From positions 1 to 36,396 of the forward strand of contig JADYXV010000020.1 in assembly GCA_020853995.1 (NCBI GenBank): a stretch of 36,396 bases of DNA, written 5' to 3'. Positions 18,652-28,398 of this stretch are shown one piece after another. The stretch comes from Novosphingobium sp. (GTDB lineage: Bacteria; Pseudomonadota; Alphaproteobacteria; Sphingomonadales; Sphingomonadaceae). The translations under genes were made by a program, and so were the position numbers. The notes beneath the pieces were generated by a model. It worked only from the letters and a program-made list of their open reading frames with translations. It searched no databases and was not told the DNA's origin. The number at the start of each line of letters is the position of its first letter. Positions within the stretch are counted from its first letter, which is position 1.

Positions 18652-20279
18652 GCCGCCTTGGCCGAAGACTTGGCAGCAGGCACAATGCGTTCCGGCACGT
18701 CGCGTATCGAAGCCAGCGCTGCGGCCTGATCGGGCGTTACCGCAACGCGGGTGGGGATCGCCTTTTCCGCGCCTTCAGCACCCGCCTCGTGATATTCAGC
18801 GTCTTCGTTGACGCACCACGTATCGTAAACCCGCGCGCCCGCAGCGATGTTTTCCACCGTCAGCATCGCGGTCATCATCGCGTGGTCCTGATTGTTATAG
18901 CGGTGCATCCCGTTGCGCCCGACAAGGTGCAGGGTCGGGTGCGCCGCTTCCAGTTCACTGCGCATTGCATCAACATTGGCGGCATATTCATCGTCGTAAA
19001 CCGGATAGGCCTTTTCCTGCCGCACCACCACGCCGCCGATAACCTTGTCCGGGCTGACCAGTCCAAGGATTGCCATTTCACGGGTCGCCAGTGCGATCAG
19101 ATCATCGTCCGATGAATCCCACAGCGTGTCCCCTTCAAAGCAGAAATATTCCAGCCCCACGCAAGCCACGCTTTCATCGGGCACCATTTCGGGCGACCAC
19201 GAACGGAAGTTCTGGATGCGGCCGACTTTCACTTTGCTATCATGGATATAGATCCAGTTGTCGGGAAACAGCTCTTCCGACCGGATCTTGAGAGCGACTG
19301 TCAGAAAATCGCGATACCGCAGGCGGCTTGCTTCAAGTGATGACGATGGCAGCGGGTGCAGACGCGCCGCCAATTCGCGCATCGGAGCAGAGCTGATGGC
19401 ATGGGCCGCCTCGATCATCACTTCGCCGCCGTTTGCATCGCTGGCCGACAAACGCCAGCCACCCTGGCCATCAGCGGCCAGTTGCTTGAAAGCATGGCCC
19501 ATCAACACTTCGCCCTTGCCCGTCGCAATGATCTTGTCGCGCGCGGCATCCCACATCATGCCGGGACCAAGGCGCGGATAGCGGAAAGTTTCCAGCAGCG
19601 TCTTGGTCTGCATGCCGTCGTTCGGGCGCTTGTTCAGGCCCAGGCTGCGCTTGAGACCATCAACAACCGCGCCCCATAACGACAGTCCCTTGATCCGCTG
19701 GGCAGCCCAATCCGCGCTCATTTCATCGCAGGGCATGCCCCACACCTTCTCGGTGTAAGTCTTGAAGAAGATGGAATAGAGTTTGTGGCCGAACTGGTTA
19801 ACGGTCCAGTCTTCAAAGCTTTTCACTGCGCGGTTGGGAAATGCCTGGGCCTTTGCAAAGCTTGCCATGCACAAAGCCGACCGGATGATGCCAAGGTTCC
19901 ACAGCGCTTCGAACGCCCGCAAGGGATAGGAGTAGAACTTGCCCTCGTAATAGATGCGGCTCATCCGGGGGCGCTGGATGAAGTCGTCGGGCAAAATCTC
20001 GTTCCACAAGTCCACCACTTGCTTGGATTTCGAGAAGAAGCGGTGGCCGCCGATGTCAAACCGGTAGCCTTCGTGTTCAACCGTGCGGCTGATACCGCCA
20101 ACATAGGTCTGGTCCTTTTCGATGATCGCCACCGAAAATCCCCGCCTGGTCAAAAGATAGCCTGCGGTAAGTCCTGCCGGGCCTGCGCCGATGATGGCCA
20201 CGTCCACTTTACGCCCGCCATCGCCGCGCACCGCACCTTGTCCGGTCAGGCCCCCAATCCCGTTATCACCGCTAACCAT
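18648..20279 (-). CDS. FAD-dependent oxidoreductase, UDP-galactopyranose mutase / amine-oxidase-like family
   Basis: [12 protein letters not shown] motif, [22 protein letters not shown] and [15 protein letters not shown]. Confidence 0.85.
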   Translation of the reverse strand: MVSGDNGIGGLTGQGAVRGDGGRKVDVAIIGAGPAGLTAGYLLTRRGFSVAIIEKDQTYVGGISRTVEHEGYRFDIGGHRFFSKSKQVVDLWNEILPDDFIQRPRMSRIYYEGKFYSYPLRAFEALWNLGIIRSALCMASFAKAQAFPNRAVKSFEDWTVNQFGHKLYSIFFKTYTEKVWGMPCDEMSADWAAQRIKGLSLWGAVVDGLKRSLGLNKRPNDGMQTKTLLETFRYPRLGPGMMWDAARDKIIATGKGEVLMGHAFKQLAADGQGGWRLSASDANGGEVMIEAAHAISSAPMRELAARLHPLPSSSLEASRLRYRDFLTVALKIRSEELFPDNWIYIHDSKVKVGRIQNFRSWSPEMVPDESVACVGLEYFCFEGDTLWDSSDDDLIALATREMAILGLVSPDKVIGGVVVRQEKAYPVYDDEYAANVDAMRSELEAAHPTLHLVGRNGMHRYNNQDHAMMTAMLTVENIAAGARVYDTWCVNEDAEYHEAGAEGAEKAIPTRVAVTPDQAAALASIRDVPERIVPAAKSSAKAA

Positions 20280-20331
20280 CGAAGCCCCCGTCCAAGCGCT
20301 GTTTGCTGGCCACAGAGGTGAAGAAAAATGG

Positions 20332-20347
20332 CTAAGACTTGGTTAAC
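20332..20347. promoter_or_regulatory. CtrA-box-like site upstream of the glycosylation operon
   Basis: CTAA-N7-TTAAC, one mismatch to TTAA-N7-TTAAC. Confidence 0.45.
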
Positions 20348-20385
20348 AACGCGGTGCGGAAGCGCGAAAACTGTCTGTTTTGGCC

Positions 20386-21045
20386 CTATCCGCGCGGCTT
20401 ATTCGCGTTAGGTGCTTCAACGCTGGCGTCGCGCTGGAGCGGCGCGGCAATCCGCGCCAGCTCATCAAGCTGGAAGGTCTGTTCAAACAGCAACCCATAA
20501 TGCGGATGATTGCGCCAGCGCACTTTGGCATAGATTGTAGGCAGGCCTTGCGCCTCAACGCGCACCAGTTCGTTCATCAGCAACCATTTGTCGCAGGCAA
20601 TGCTGGCACCGCGCTGCGAAATGTCCCTGAAAGTCACGCTGACCGCTTGCCCGCCGGAATGCAGCATGGCGTCCTGCTGGACGCGCAAACGGATCTGGCG
20701 CTTGGGGAATGCGCCACTGCTCTCATCCAGCAAGCCTTCAAGGTCAACTGCCTCGATAAAGCGCAAGCCGGTATATTCGCCTTCGTGCCACATCACTTCG
20801 ACGGGATAGCAATCGCCGTTGCTCAATTCGACCACGATAGAGCTGCAATTGTCAGGCAAAGGCGTGAATAGCCGAACCTTGACGCCCATGGTCGACACAT
20901 CGCGGATGATGCACAAAAACTCGCGCGTTCCATCCACAACCAGCTTCGCTGCGCGGATCAGCAACGTGAAACGCGGCGCGGCGCGTTGATCGCTCTCGCT
21001 CCGTCCGCCCGATACATCGGGAAGTTGTTCGTCATTGCGAGCCAA
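20386..21045 (-). CDS. Tandem PilZ-domain protein
   Basis: QRAAPR...RDVSTMG and KRQIR...RDISQRG, two RxxxR-like / DxSxxG pairs. TTG at 21045 after AAGGGAA. Confidence 0.85.
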   Translation of the reverse strand: MARNDEQLPDVSGGRSESDQRAAPRFTLLIRAAKLVVDGTREFLCIIRDVSTMGVKVRLFTPLPDNCSSIVVELSNGDCYPVEVMWHEGEYTGLRFIEAVDLEGLLDESSGAFPKRQIRLRVQQDAMLHSGGQAVSVTFRDISQRGASIACDKWLLMNELVRVEAQGLPTIYAKVRWRNHPHYGLLFEQTFQLDELARIAAPLQRDASVEAPNANKPRG

Positions 21046-21136
21046 GCTTGTTCCCTTTGCGCGGTGCTCTCGGCAGTACCGGAAATCACACAAGTTCCGG
21101 ACGGTTCGCTTATACCCTCGCAAGTCCTACTTTGGG

Positions 21137-21152
21137 GTTAACTACAATTTAG
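21137..21152. promoter_or_regulatory. CtrA-box-like site upstream of the PilZ gene
   Basis: GTTAA-N7-TTAG on the plus strand, which reads CTAA-N7-TTAAC on the gene strand. Confidence 0.5.
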
Positions 21153-21216
21153 GACTCAAACGTCCTTCCCTTCTGTCGGAACTTATGCGGTTTGCCAAAA
21201 CAACGGGTTGGCAAAG

Positions 21217-21261
21217 CCCTGCCCCGTCATGCTGAACGCGTTTCAGCATGACGGGGCAGGG
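21217..21261. repeat. Perfect 20-bp inverted repeat built on a REP-like core; probable terminator of the phytase operon
   Basis: CCCTGCCCCGTCATGCTGAA-CGCGT-TTCAGCATGACGGGGCAGGG. The core matches the repeat at 36146-36170. Confidence 0.85.
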
Positions 21262-21272
21262 ATAATCGCTTA

Positions 21273-22349
21273 TCAGTTGGTGCTTTGACCCATCACTTTT
21301 GACCAATCGACCAGTTTGAAGTTCTGTGCAGAGGGCGCATTGTTGCCGTCCTGCGCCACAAAAAGGCCCGCCGGATAGGAGGGGCCGAAATCCCCCAGCG
21401 CCAGTTCAATGCCGTCGGTGTCGCTAGTCGCGCCATATTGCCCTGCGGCAATGCGGAACCGCTTCGTCGGCTGCCCAGTTGCCAGATCCAGCAGGACATA
21501 GGCATTGTCGCCCTGGCTTGATGCCACCAGCCAGCCGCCCGTCATGCCTTCGGGCGCAAGCGCCAGCCCCTCCACATCATCAACCAGGCCCTGCCCTGCG
21601 CCCACTTTGGCAAACGCGGTTGCAGCCAGACTGGCGCTGCGCAAATCCACCCGCCAGATGCCGATATCTTCTTCAGCGACATACAGCGTGGCGGTGCGGT
21701 CATCGACAACGCAGCCTTCGGATTGCGAGGCAAACTTCACGTTGCGCAAATACTCAGCCTGTATCGCGCCATCACGTTCCACCAGACGGCTTTCTGCAAC
21801 CGAGCCGTCTTTCAGCACGACATAGGCCCGCGCCAGTTCGCCTTCGGCCAGCGCACCGCCCATGCAAAAGCCATAGGCTTCGGCTGGCGCATGGCCTTTT
21901 GGCAGGAACGTCTGCGCGCCCAGCGTCGCCAGCTTGCCCGTTGGACCATCCAGCGCAAACAGCGCGATGCGCGGTTCTGCCCGGTCCGTACGGTCGCTGG
22001 CCGCCACCACGATCATGCCGGGACGCACTTCGCGCAGATCAACGTTGTTGAGCGCGCCCGCCGCCACGAAATCGCGCGCTTTGCCGTCCAGCCCATAGAC
22101 ATAAAGCCCGGCCTTCTTGTCCGTGCCCACAATCAGGCTGGCAGCAGGATTGCCTGCATTGCGCCAGATCGCCGGATCATCTGCCGCATCTGCCGCCGCT
22201 GTACCAACCGGCGCAGTCTCGCCCGAAGCCATGACGTCAACTGCCGGATAGAACGGACGCGGTGGGGCCTGAACCCCGGCACATGCGGAAAGCGCAAAGG
22301 CCGGGAGCAAAGCCCCCGGCCAGATACGCAGCAAAGCGCCGTTGCGCAT
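21273..22349 (-). CDS. Beta-propeller (3-)phytase, likely lipoprotein
   Basis: DAADDPAIW, GTDKKAGLYVY, NNVDLR, EGCVVDD, DDVEGL, SSQGDN and QNFKLV motifs. Lipobox-like LSAC. Confidence 0.93.
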   Translation of the reverse strand: MRNGALLRIWPGALLPAFALSACAGVQAPPRPFYPAVDVMASGETAPVGTAAADAADDPAIWRNAGNPAASLIVGTDKKAGLYVYGLDGKARDFVAAGALNNVDLREVRPGMIVVAASDRTDRAEPRIALFALDGPTGKLATLGAQTFLPKGHAPAEAYGFCMGGALAEGELARAYVVLKDGSVAESRLVERDGAIQAEYLRNVKFASQSEGCVVDDRTATLYVAEEDIGIWRVDLRSASLAATAFAKVGAGQGLVDDVEGLALAPEGMTGGWLVASSQGDNAYVLLDLATGQPTKRFRIAAGQYGATSDTDGIELALGDFGPSYPAGLFVAQDGNNAPSAQNFKLVDWSKVMGQSTN

Positions 22350-25156
22350 CAGAAGTTGATCCGCACACCAGCCGCATAACGCCGGCCAAAGCGTTCGAAC
22401 TCAATCGTCTGAACATCGGTTGCAGGCGTTGGCGTGCCCGTTGCCGTCAGCAGGTTGCCCGGTTCGGAATAGCGGCGACCGGGATTGTTGAGCAGGTTCG
22501 AAGCATCGAAATAGACTTCGAAGTTCGGCGTGATCGCGTAACGCGCCGAAAAATCGAGCTCATCATCTGCGGCCCAATACGTATCACCGGCATCGGTCAG
22601 ATCGTCAGCATAACCATCCAGCCAGGTGCTGCGGCGCTGATACTGCAAGCGCATCGAAATGCCGTACTTTTCGTAATAGGCGCCGACGTTGTAAATGACG
22701 TCAGAGGTTCCCGGCAGGCGCACCTTGCGGGCCGGAACCGCAGAGGCAAGCACTTCGGGCTTGGTCACTTCGCTGTCATTATAGGTCAGGTTCGCGCTGA
22801 TCCCGAAGCCGCCCGTCCAATCGGGCAGGCCAAGGTTTTCGGTCCACGGTTCAAGCTGAAGCTGGGCCGCAACTTCAAAGCCGAAGATTCGCCCGTTGCC
22901 GCCATTGGTTATGCCGCTGAAGGTGTATTGCGAACGGTCGGTACCGCCAATGTTCAATGCATCGGAATTGAAGGTCCGGCGTTGTGTATAAAGAACGTCC
23001 TCAACCTTCTTGTAGAACACGCCCGCCATCAGATAGCCCTGTGGCCGCAAATACCATTCGAAGTACGCATCAACGCCGTAAGCGCGCTCCGGTTTGACTG
23101 CGGGGTTACCACCTGAAATCGTCAGGTTTGCATCATTGACCACCACGTTGGGGCGCAAAACGTCATAGTCGGCGCGCGCCGCCCCGCTGTTGAACGAAAC
23201 ACGCAGTTTCTTGTCTTCGGCCAGATCGTAATTCACGTGCAGGCTCGGGAAGGCCAAAGTCTGGCTGGATTCCGCCGTCACCAGTCCGGTCACACCGGCA
23301 ATCGTCGCTTCGGCGATGCCGCGATTCTTGACATGCTCGACGCGAACCCCGCCAACGACCGAGCCCCAGTCATAACGCAGCGTGCCCATGGCAAAGCCTG
23401 CCAGAACCTGTTCGCGCACATCGTATTTGTTGGCTGTATTTGGCGTAAACGTGAACGCGGCCCGCGTTGCAGCGGCAACTTCGCGCATCTTGTCAGTGTC
23501 AAAATAGCGGAACGTATAGCCCATCGGCAGCGCGCCTGCGAACGCATCGTTCAGCGAGAAGTCGTTGTAATTGGTTGAAATGCCAACCCTTGTGAAATCA
23601 GCGGCCGAGGTGATTTCGATCTGGCTTTCATCGGCCACCTTGGTGCGCTGGTCAAATTGCACGCCCACCTTGAACGTCGCGTTCGCGCCCAGAAAATCGG
23701 CATCCTTCGATACGATCAGGCGGCCGGTATAGGCCTTGGTGGTGTCGATGGCGTCAAGCAAGCGCAGTGAACTCAGCGGCTTGTTAAAGCTGTCGATCGC
23801 CGTCACCGCTGTACCAGCAGTGTAGCGCGTCGGGCCGGAAAGCTGCAACGTGTTGAACAGCAATGGCGTATTGCGGCCAGGATTGCTGAAATCATAAGCC
23901 ACCGTCGGGCGCAAAGTGCGTGTCGAAGGGCTGTTCCAGCGCGCTTCGCCAGTTACCGACCGGTCATCTTCGGATTCCGTGTAATTCCCCAGCCAGCCGA
24001 TCTTCCAGCCATCACCAAAGCTGTGATTGCCTTCCAATGTATTGGTGAAGATCGATTGGCGGAAATTGCGCAGCGTGGAACGCTGGTTGATGTCGATGCC
24101 ATAAACGGTGCCGGTCAGCGGCGTATTACCGATGCAGACATCGGCATAACCGGTGTTGGTTGGCGTCGAGTTTGCAGCAATCGTGCACGCAGCATTGCTG
24201 TTTGAAAGATCACCCTGCCGGTCATCAAGGTCGAAGATGTAATTGTCGCGTGCTTCGTTGTCGGTGAAGATCGTATAGACCGAACGCAGCGAAATGGTGT
24301 TGTCGGCATCCGGCTGCCAATCCAGACGGCCCGAAACCGACCAGTTGCGGCGCTGCAGGCGATACAGCTTGTTTTCGGTTTCCCGCGCCCAGAACCGCGT
24401 GCCATTGCCGGGACGCTGGTCCTGGCTCACGCGCTCCCAGTCGATCTCGAAATTGTCGGTCACCATGTTGCGTTCGAAGAAGCTGCCCGAAACCAGCACG
24501 CCAATCTCGCCGTCGCCCGCTTTGAAACGGTCGGATACGACAAGCGAGCCTTCGTATTCGCGGCGGTCACCCAGTTCGGCATAACCGATGCCGGCCTTGC
24601 CCTGCACATGCAGGCCGCTGAAATCGAACGCGGAACGGGTGATGACGTTGACGTTGCCCGAAACCGTTTCGCCCGGCATGTCCGGCGTCACCGCTTTGGA
24701 TACGACCACCTGCTTGGCAATTGCCGAAGGAATCGAATCAAAGCGCGCATCGCGGCCTTCGGGGCTGACCACGTTGATCCCGTCAAATGACAGAGTGGTC
24801 CAATAGTTCGGTGCACCGCGCAAACTGATGTAGCGCGCCTGGCCTTGGTCGCGCTCGATCGCAACGCCGGGCAGGCGGCTTGTGGCCTGTGCAATGTTCT
24901 GGTCGGGCAGGCGGCCCACACCATCTGCTGAAAGGACGGCAACCAGCGAATCCGACTTTTTCTGCACATCCAGCGCAGCCGCTTCGGATTCGGCGATGGG
25001 CCGCGAACCGTTCACAACGATAGGTGCGTTGGCTTCTTCTTCTGCTGCTGCGTCTGCGGCATGGGCAGGAACTGCCAGTGCAAGCGCGCTTGAACCCAGC
25101 AACAAAAAGCGCAGGCCGGATGGACCGCGTGATGCGGCGCGAACGAAGTGTGTCAT
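22349..25156 (-). CDS. TonB-dependent receptor coupled to phytase
   Basis: LPDQNIAQATSRLPGV, DQGQARYISLRG and GNPAVKPE motifs, C-terminal Phe. TGATG overlap with the phytase start. Confidence 0.93.
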   Translation of the reverse strand: MTHFVRAASRGPSGLRFLLLGSSALALAVPAHAADAAAEEEANAPIVVNGSRPIAESEAAALDVQKKSDSLVAVLSADGVGRLPDQNIAQATSRLPGVAIERDQGQARYISLRGAPNYWTTLSFDGINVVSPEGRDARFDSIPSAIAKQVVVSKAVTPDMPGETVSGNVNVITRSAFDFSGLHVQGKAGIGYAELGDRREYEGSLVVSDRFKAGDGEIGVLVSGSFFERNMVTDNFEIDWERVSQDQRPGNGTRFWARETENKLYRLQRRNWSVSGRLDWQPDADNTISLRSVYTIFTDNEARDNYIFDLDDRQGDLSNSNAACTIAANSTPTNTGYADVCIGNTPLTGTVYGIDINQRSTLRNFRQSIFTNTLEGNHSFGDGWKIGWLGNYTESEDDRSVTGEARWNSPSTRTLRPTVAYDFSNPGRNTPLLFNTLQLSGPTRYTAGTAVTAIDSFNKPLSSLRLLDAIDTTKAYTGRLIVSKDADFLGANATFKVGVQFDQRTKVADESQIEITSAADFTRVGISTNYNDFSLNDAFAGALPMGYTFRYFDTDKMREVAAATRAAFTFTPNTANKYDVREQVLAGFAMGTLRYDWGSVVGGVRVEHVKNRGIAEATIAGVTGLVTAESSQTLAFPSLHVNYDLAEDKKLRVSFNSGAARADYDVLRPNVVVNDANLTISGGNPAVKPERAYGVDAYFEWYLRPQGYLMAGVFYKKVEDVLYTQRRTFNSDALNIGGTDRSQYTFSGITNGGNGRIFGFEVAAQLQLEPWTENLGLPDWTGGFGISANLTYNDSEVTKPEVLASAVPARKVRLPGTSDVIYNVGAYYEKYGISMRLQYQRRSTWLDGYADDLTDAGDTYWAADDELDFSARYAITPNFEVYFDASNLLNNPGRRYSEPGNLLTATGTPTPATDVQTIEFERFGRRYAAGVRINF

Positions 25157-25204
25157 GTAACCCCCCTTGGGACCGTGTGTTTGACACGCGCCTAGGGGCC
25201 TAAG

Positions 25205-25244
25205 TTGACGCTAACGCGACAGTTAAGCGTCAGAAAAATTACTT
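25205..25244 (-). promoter_or_regulatory. Pho-box-like array (PhoB half-sites at 11-bp spacing)
   Basis: Minus strand AAGTAAT-N4-CTGACGC-N4-CTGTCGC-N4-GCGTCAA versus the CTGTCAT half-site consensus, upstream of a phytase operon. Confidence 0.65.
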
Positions 25245-25281
25245 TGTTTCAGTCAGATTACGAATGCCTGCCAGGAAGGCT

Positions 25282-25366
25282 TGGTGCGGACGGCGGGACT
25301 CGAACCCGCACGATCAAGGATCAAGGGATTTTAAGTCCCTGGCGTCTACCATTCCGCCACGTCCGC
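25282..25366 (-). tRNA. tRNA-Leu (anticodon TAA)
   Basis: GCGGACG acceptor stem, AGGGA-CTTAAAA-TCCCT anticodon arm, long variable arm, GGTTCGA T-loop, encoded CCA; 85 nt. Confidence 0.96.
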
Positions 25367-25454
25367 ATACAGGCAGTGCGCTTGCCACAGCACGAAAGCC
25401 GCCGCAACGTCCGGTTGCAGCGACCCGTGCATCTTTGTGTGGGCAAGCGGTTCG

Positions 25455-25736
25455 TCAGTCGGCGTTAAGCCGGACCCGCATTTCCTTGCCAGCCTTGAAA
25501 TAAGGGACGCGCTTGCCCGGTACTTCCACGGTTTCACCCGTGCGCGGGTTGCGGCCCTTGCGCGGATCACGATCGCGCGTGGAGAACGCGCCAAAGCCGC
25601 GCAGTTCGACACGGCCACCTTCGGCGAGACGCTTGGCAATTTCGTCAAAGAACACGTCAACCACGCGTTCAATTTCCTCGCTGCGCATATCCGGGCACTC
25701 TTTTGCGAGCGCCTGCAACAGCTCCGACCTGATCAT
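25455..25736 (-). CDS. ihfB: Integration host factor subunit beta
   Basis: [25 protein letters not shown] and [16 protein letters not shown]. Confidence 0.92.
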   Translation of the reverse strand: MIRSELLQALAKECPDMRSEEIERVVDVFFDEIAKRLAEGGRVELRGFGAFSTRDRDPRKGRNPRTGETVEVPGKRVPYFKAGKEMRVRLNAD

Positions 25737-25890
25737 TCGATACCCTCCGCCAGACGCAATTGCTGCGTCCCCCTTTTGTTTACGACCCCTGCGCCCAAAC
25801 CCCCGTAAGGACGCATAAAGCATACCTGCCACGCAAGAACGGGCATTACAATCGGTTGATTTCGTCAGCAGCGCACCAAAATGAACAGAT

Positions 25891-26232
25891 TCAGGCCAAT
25901 TCGGTAAGATCGCCTAACTTTAGACCAAGCAAATTCATTCTTTCGGCAATTGCAGGCCATTCTTCGGTTAGGAATGATTCGCGCTCACGCTGGCACAGCG
26001 CCTCAACAGCCCCTGCCGCAACGAACATGCCGATTCCCCGCTGGACCGTGACGAATCCTTCGTCCTGGAATTGCTGGTAAGCTTTGGCAACGGTCAAAGG
26101 GTTAGCCCCCTGTTCAGCGGCAAAGGCGCGGACGGATGGCAGCATGGTACCTTCCGGGTAACGCCCAGCAAGAATGCCGGCGCAGATTTCATCGCGCAGA
26201 CGCAAATAGACAGGGCGGCCGGGATTGGTCAT
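25891..26232 (-). CDS. GntR family regulator (short, YtrA-like)
   Basis: [23 protein letters not shown] and RGIGMFV, with a short C-terminal domain. Confidence 0.9.
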   Translation of the reverse strand: MTNPGRPVYLRLRDEICAGILAGRYPEGTMLPSVRAFAAEQGANPLTVAKAYQQFQDEGFVTVQRGIGMFVAAGAVEALCQRERESFLTEEWPAIAERMNLLGLKLGDLTELA

Positions 26233-26406
26233 AGGTGATGCACTGCCATAATACAGCGAAGCACGCAACGACGGCCTTCCTCCGCTTCAGACTGGTTGCG
26301 TTTGAAAATAGTTTCTTGCCACGCACGTTCGTGCCACTAAAGCCATGACGCCACGCTCGGGAGAGGCGGATGGCACCTGGCAACAACGACGAGAACGCCC
26401 GCCCAT

Positions 26407-28398
26407 ATGGCTTCGGACAACATCAGCGCCACCAATCCTGCCCAACCGACGCATGGCGACTGGTTTGGCCATCCCGCACAGTTGAAACGCCTGTTCACCA
26501 CCGAAATGTGGGAGCGGTTCGGCTATTACGGCATGCGGGCCATTCTGACGCTCTACCTTGCCAAGCATTTCCTGTTCAACGACACCACCAGCACCGGCAT
26601 TTACGGTGGCTTCACCGCGCTGGTCTATCTGACGCCGCTGGTCGGCGGGCTCATTGCAGACCGGTATCTGGGATCAAAGCGTTCGGTCAAATTCGGCGCG
26701 ATCCTGATGGCGCTGGGCTATTTCATGCTGTGCTTTGGTGGCGATGCCGCCAAACCTTATGCAACGATCGAAGGCCAACGCTACGAAGTCAGCGTTGCCG
26801 AAACGAACGGTGCCGAAGTGCGCTCGCTCGAAATGGGTGGCCAGCGCCTGCAAATCGTCGGCAATGATGACAAATCGGTTTCGTTAAACGCGGCTGACGG
26901 CACCGAAGCACGGCGCATTGCGCCCGGCGGCTTTGAATCCGATGGCGAACGCTCGCCCTTCCACGTTGCATTGCTGCTGGTCGGCCTGTCCATCGTCACC
27001 GTCGGCAACGGCTTTTTCAAACCGAATATCTCGACCATGGTCGGCACGCTTTATGCCGATGGCGACCGGCGGCGCGATGCGGGCTTCACCATCTTTTACA
27101 TGGGCATCAACCTCGGCTCGCTGATCTCGCAGTTCTTCTGCCCGATCCTTGCCGAAGCGGTGGGCTGGTGGGCAGGCTTTGGCCTTGCGGCCCTTGGCAT
27201 GACATTCTCGTGGTTGCTGGTGCAGTTCGACGGCGGGCGGCTGAAAGGCTATGGTGAGCGCCCTGCCGGAGCCGATGCCAGCAAGGACTGGCTGATCTAT
27301 GGCGCAGCACTGGTCTGCGTCCCGCTGTTCTGGTTCCTGTTCATGAACCTGATGGCCTATGTTCCGCCACAGGCTGGCGAGGGCCTTGCAGGCTATTTCC
27401 TCGGCCTGCCGATCATGGGCAAGCTGATGTTCGGCACGTTCCTGATTGCCGTCCCCGGCATCCTGATCTGGGCGCTGACGGCGGGCAACCGCGTCGAATT
27501 TCAGATGATGGTCGCCGCGATGGTGCTGATCGTGTTCAACACCGTGTTCTGGACTCTGTTCGAACAGGCAGGCTCATCGCTCACCCTCTTTGCCGAACGC
27601 AATACCATGCTGGAAGTTGGCTGGACCCGCCCGCTCTTCGCCATGTTCCGCGATATTCCCGCCAGCTATTACGCGTTCTTCGCCGTGCTGCTGGGCGGGT
27701 TGGGCTGGGCGCTGGCATGGTTCTTTGGCCAAGGCGAAGTGCCGGCAACCCGCCGCAAGCTGAACATCGGCTTTGGCGTGGTCATGCTCTCGGGCTTTCT
27801 GGGCATGGTCTATGCCCGCGCGCAGGGCTTCGGCAATGATCCGGTCTATGTCATGCCCGCAGGCCAGACGCAGATCTTCAACGCGCTGTTCATCGTCACC
27901 CTGGCCCCGCTGTTCAGCGTGATGTGGAATGCCATGGCGCGACGCGGGGTAGAGCCATCAATCCCCGTCAAATTCGCGCTGGCCCTCATGGGCGTGGGCG
28001 GCGGCTTCCTGCTGCTGGTCTGGGGATCGCAATTCGCAGATGCCCAGTTCAAGGTCGGGCTGGTCTGGCTGGCAGGGCTGTACCTGATCCATTCGATGGC
28101 CGAACTGTGCATTTCACCCGTCGGCCTTTCCATGATCACCAAGCTGTCGATGGCGCGCATTGTCGGCATGATGATGGGCGTGTGGTTCCTTGCGATTGCG
28201 GTCGCGCAATATGTGGCGGGCATGGTCGCCCAAATTGCCAGCGTGGAAACCGTGGGCGGCCAAGTCACCAACCTCAAAGTCAGCCTCGATACTTATGTCG
28301 GCGTGTTCACCACTATCGGGTGGATTTCTGTCGGCATCGGCGTGGTGTTGCTGGTGGTGGCCGTGCCCTTGAAAAAGCTCATGCACGGCGTGACATAA
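26407..28398 (+). CDS. Proton-dependent oligopeptide (POT/PTR) MFS transporter
   Basis: EMWERFGYYGM (ExxERFxYY), GNGFFKPNIS, FYMGINLG and ELCISPVGLS. Confidence 0.95.
   Translation: MASDNISATNPAQPTHGDWFGHPAQLKRLFTTEMWERFGYYGMRAILTLYLAKHFLFNDTTSTGIYGGFTALVYLTPLVGGLIADRYLGSKRSVKFGAILMALGYFMLCFGGDAAKPYATIEGQRYEVSVAETNGAEVRSLEMGGQRLQIVGNDDKSVSLNAADGTEARRIAPGGFESDGERSPFHVALLLVGLSIVTVGNGFFKPNISTMVGTLYADGDRRRDAGFTIFYMGINLGSLISQFFCPILAEAVGWWAGFGLAALGMTFSWLLVQFDGGRLKGYGERPAGADASKDWLIYGAALVCVPLFWFLFMNLMAYVPPQAGEGLAGYFLGLPIMGKLMFGTFLIAVPGILIWALTAGNRVEFQMMVAAMVLIVFNTVFWTLFEQAGSSLTLFAERNTMLEVGWTRPLFAMFRDIPASYYAFFAVLLGGLGWALAWFFGQGEVPATRRKLNIGFGVVMLSGFLGMVYARAQGFGNDPVYVMPAGQTQIFNALFIVTLAPLFSVMWNAMARRGVEPSIPVKFALALMGVGGGFLLLVWGSQFADAQFKVGLVWLAGLYLIHSMAELCISPVGLSMITKLSMARIVGMMMGVWFLAIAVAQYVAGMVAQIASVETVGGQVTNLKVSLDTYVGVFTTIGWISVGIGVVLLVVAVPLKKLMHGVT

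Noticed and set aside
25157-25366. Integrative element at tRNA-Leu
   Set aside because: I saw no integrase and no duplicated tRNA 3' end in the window.
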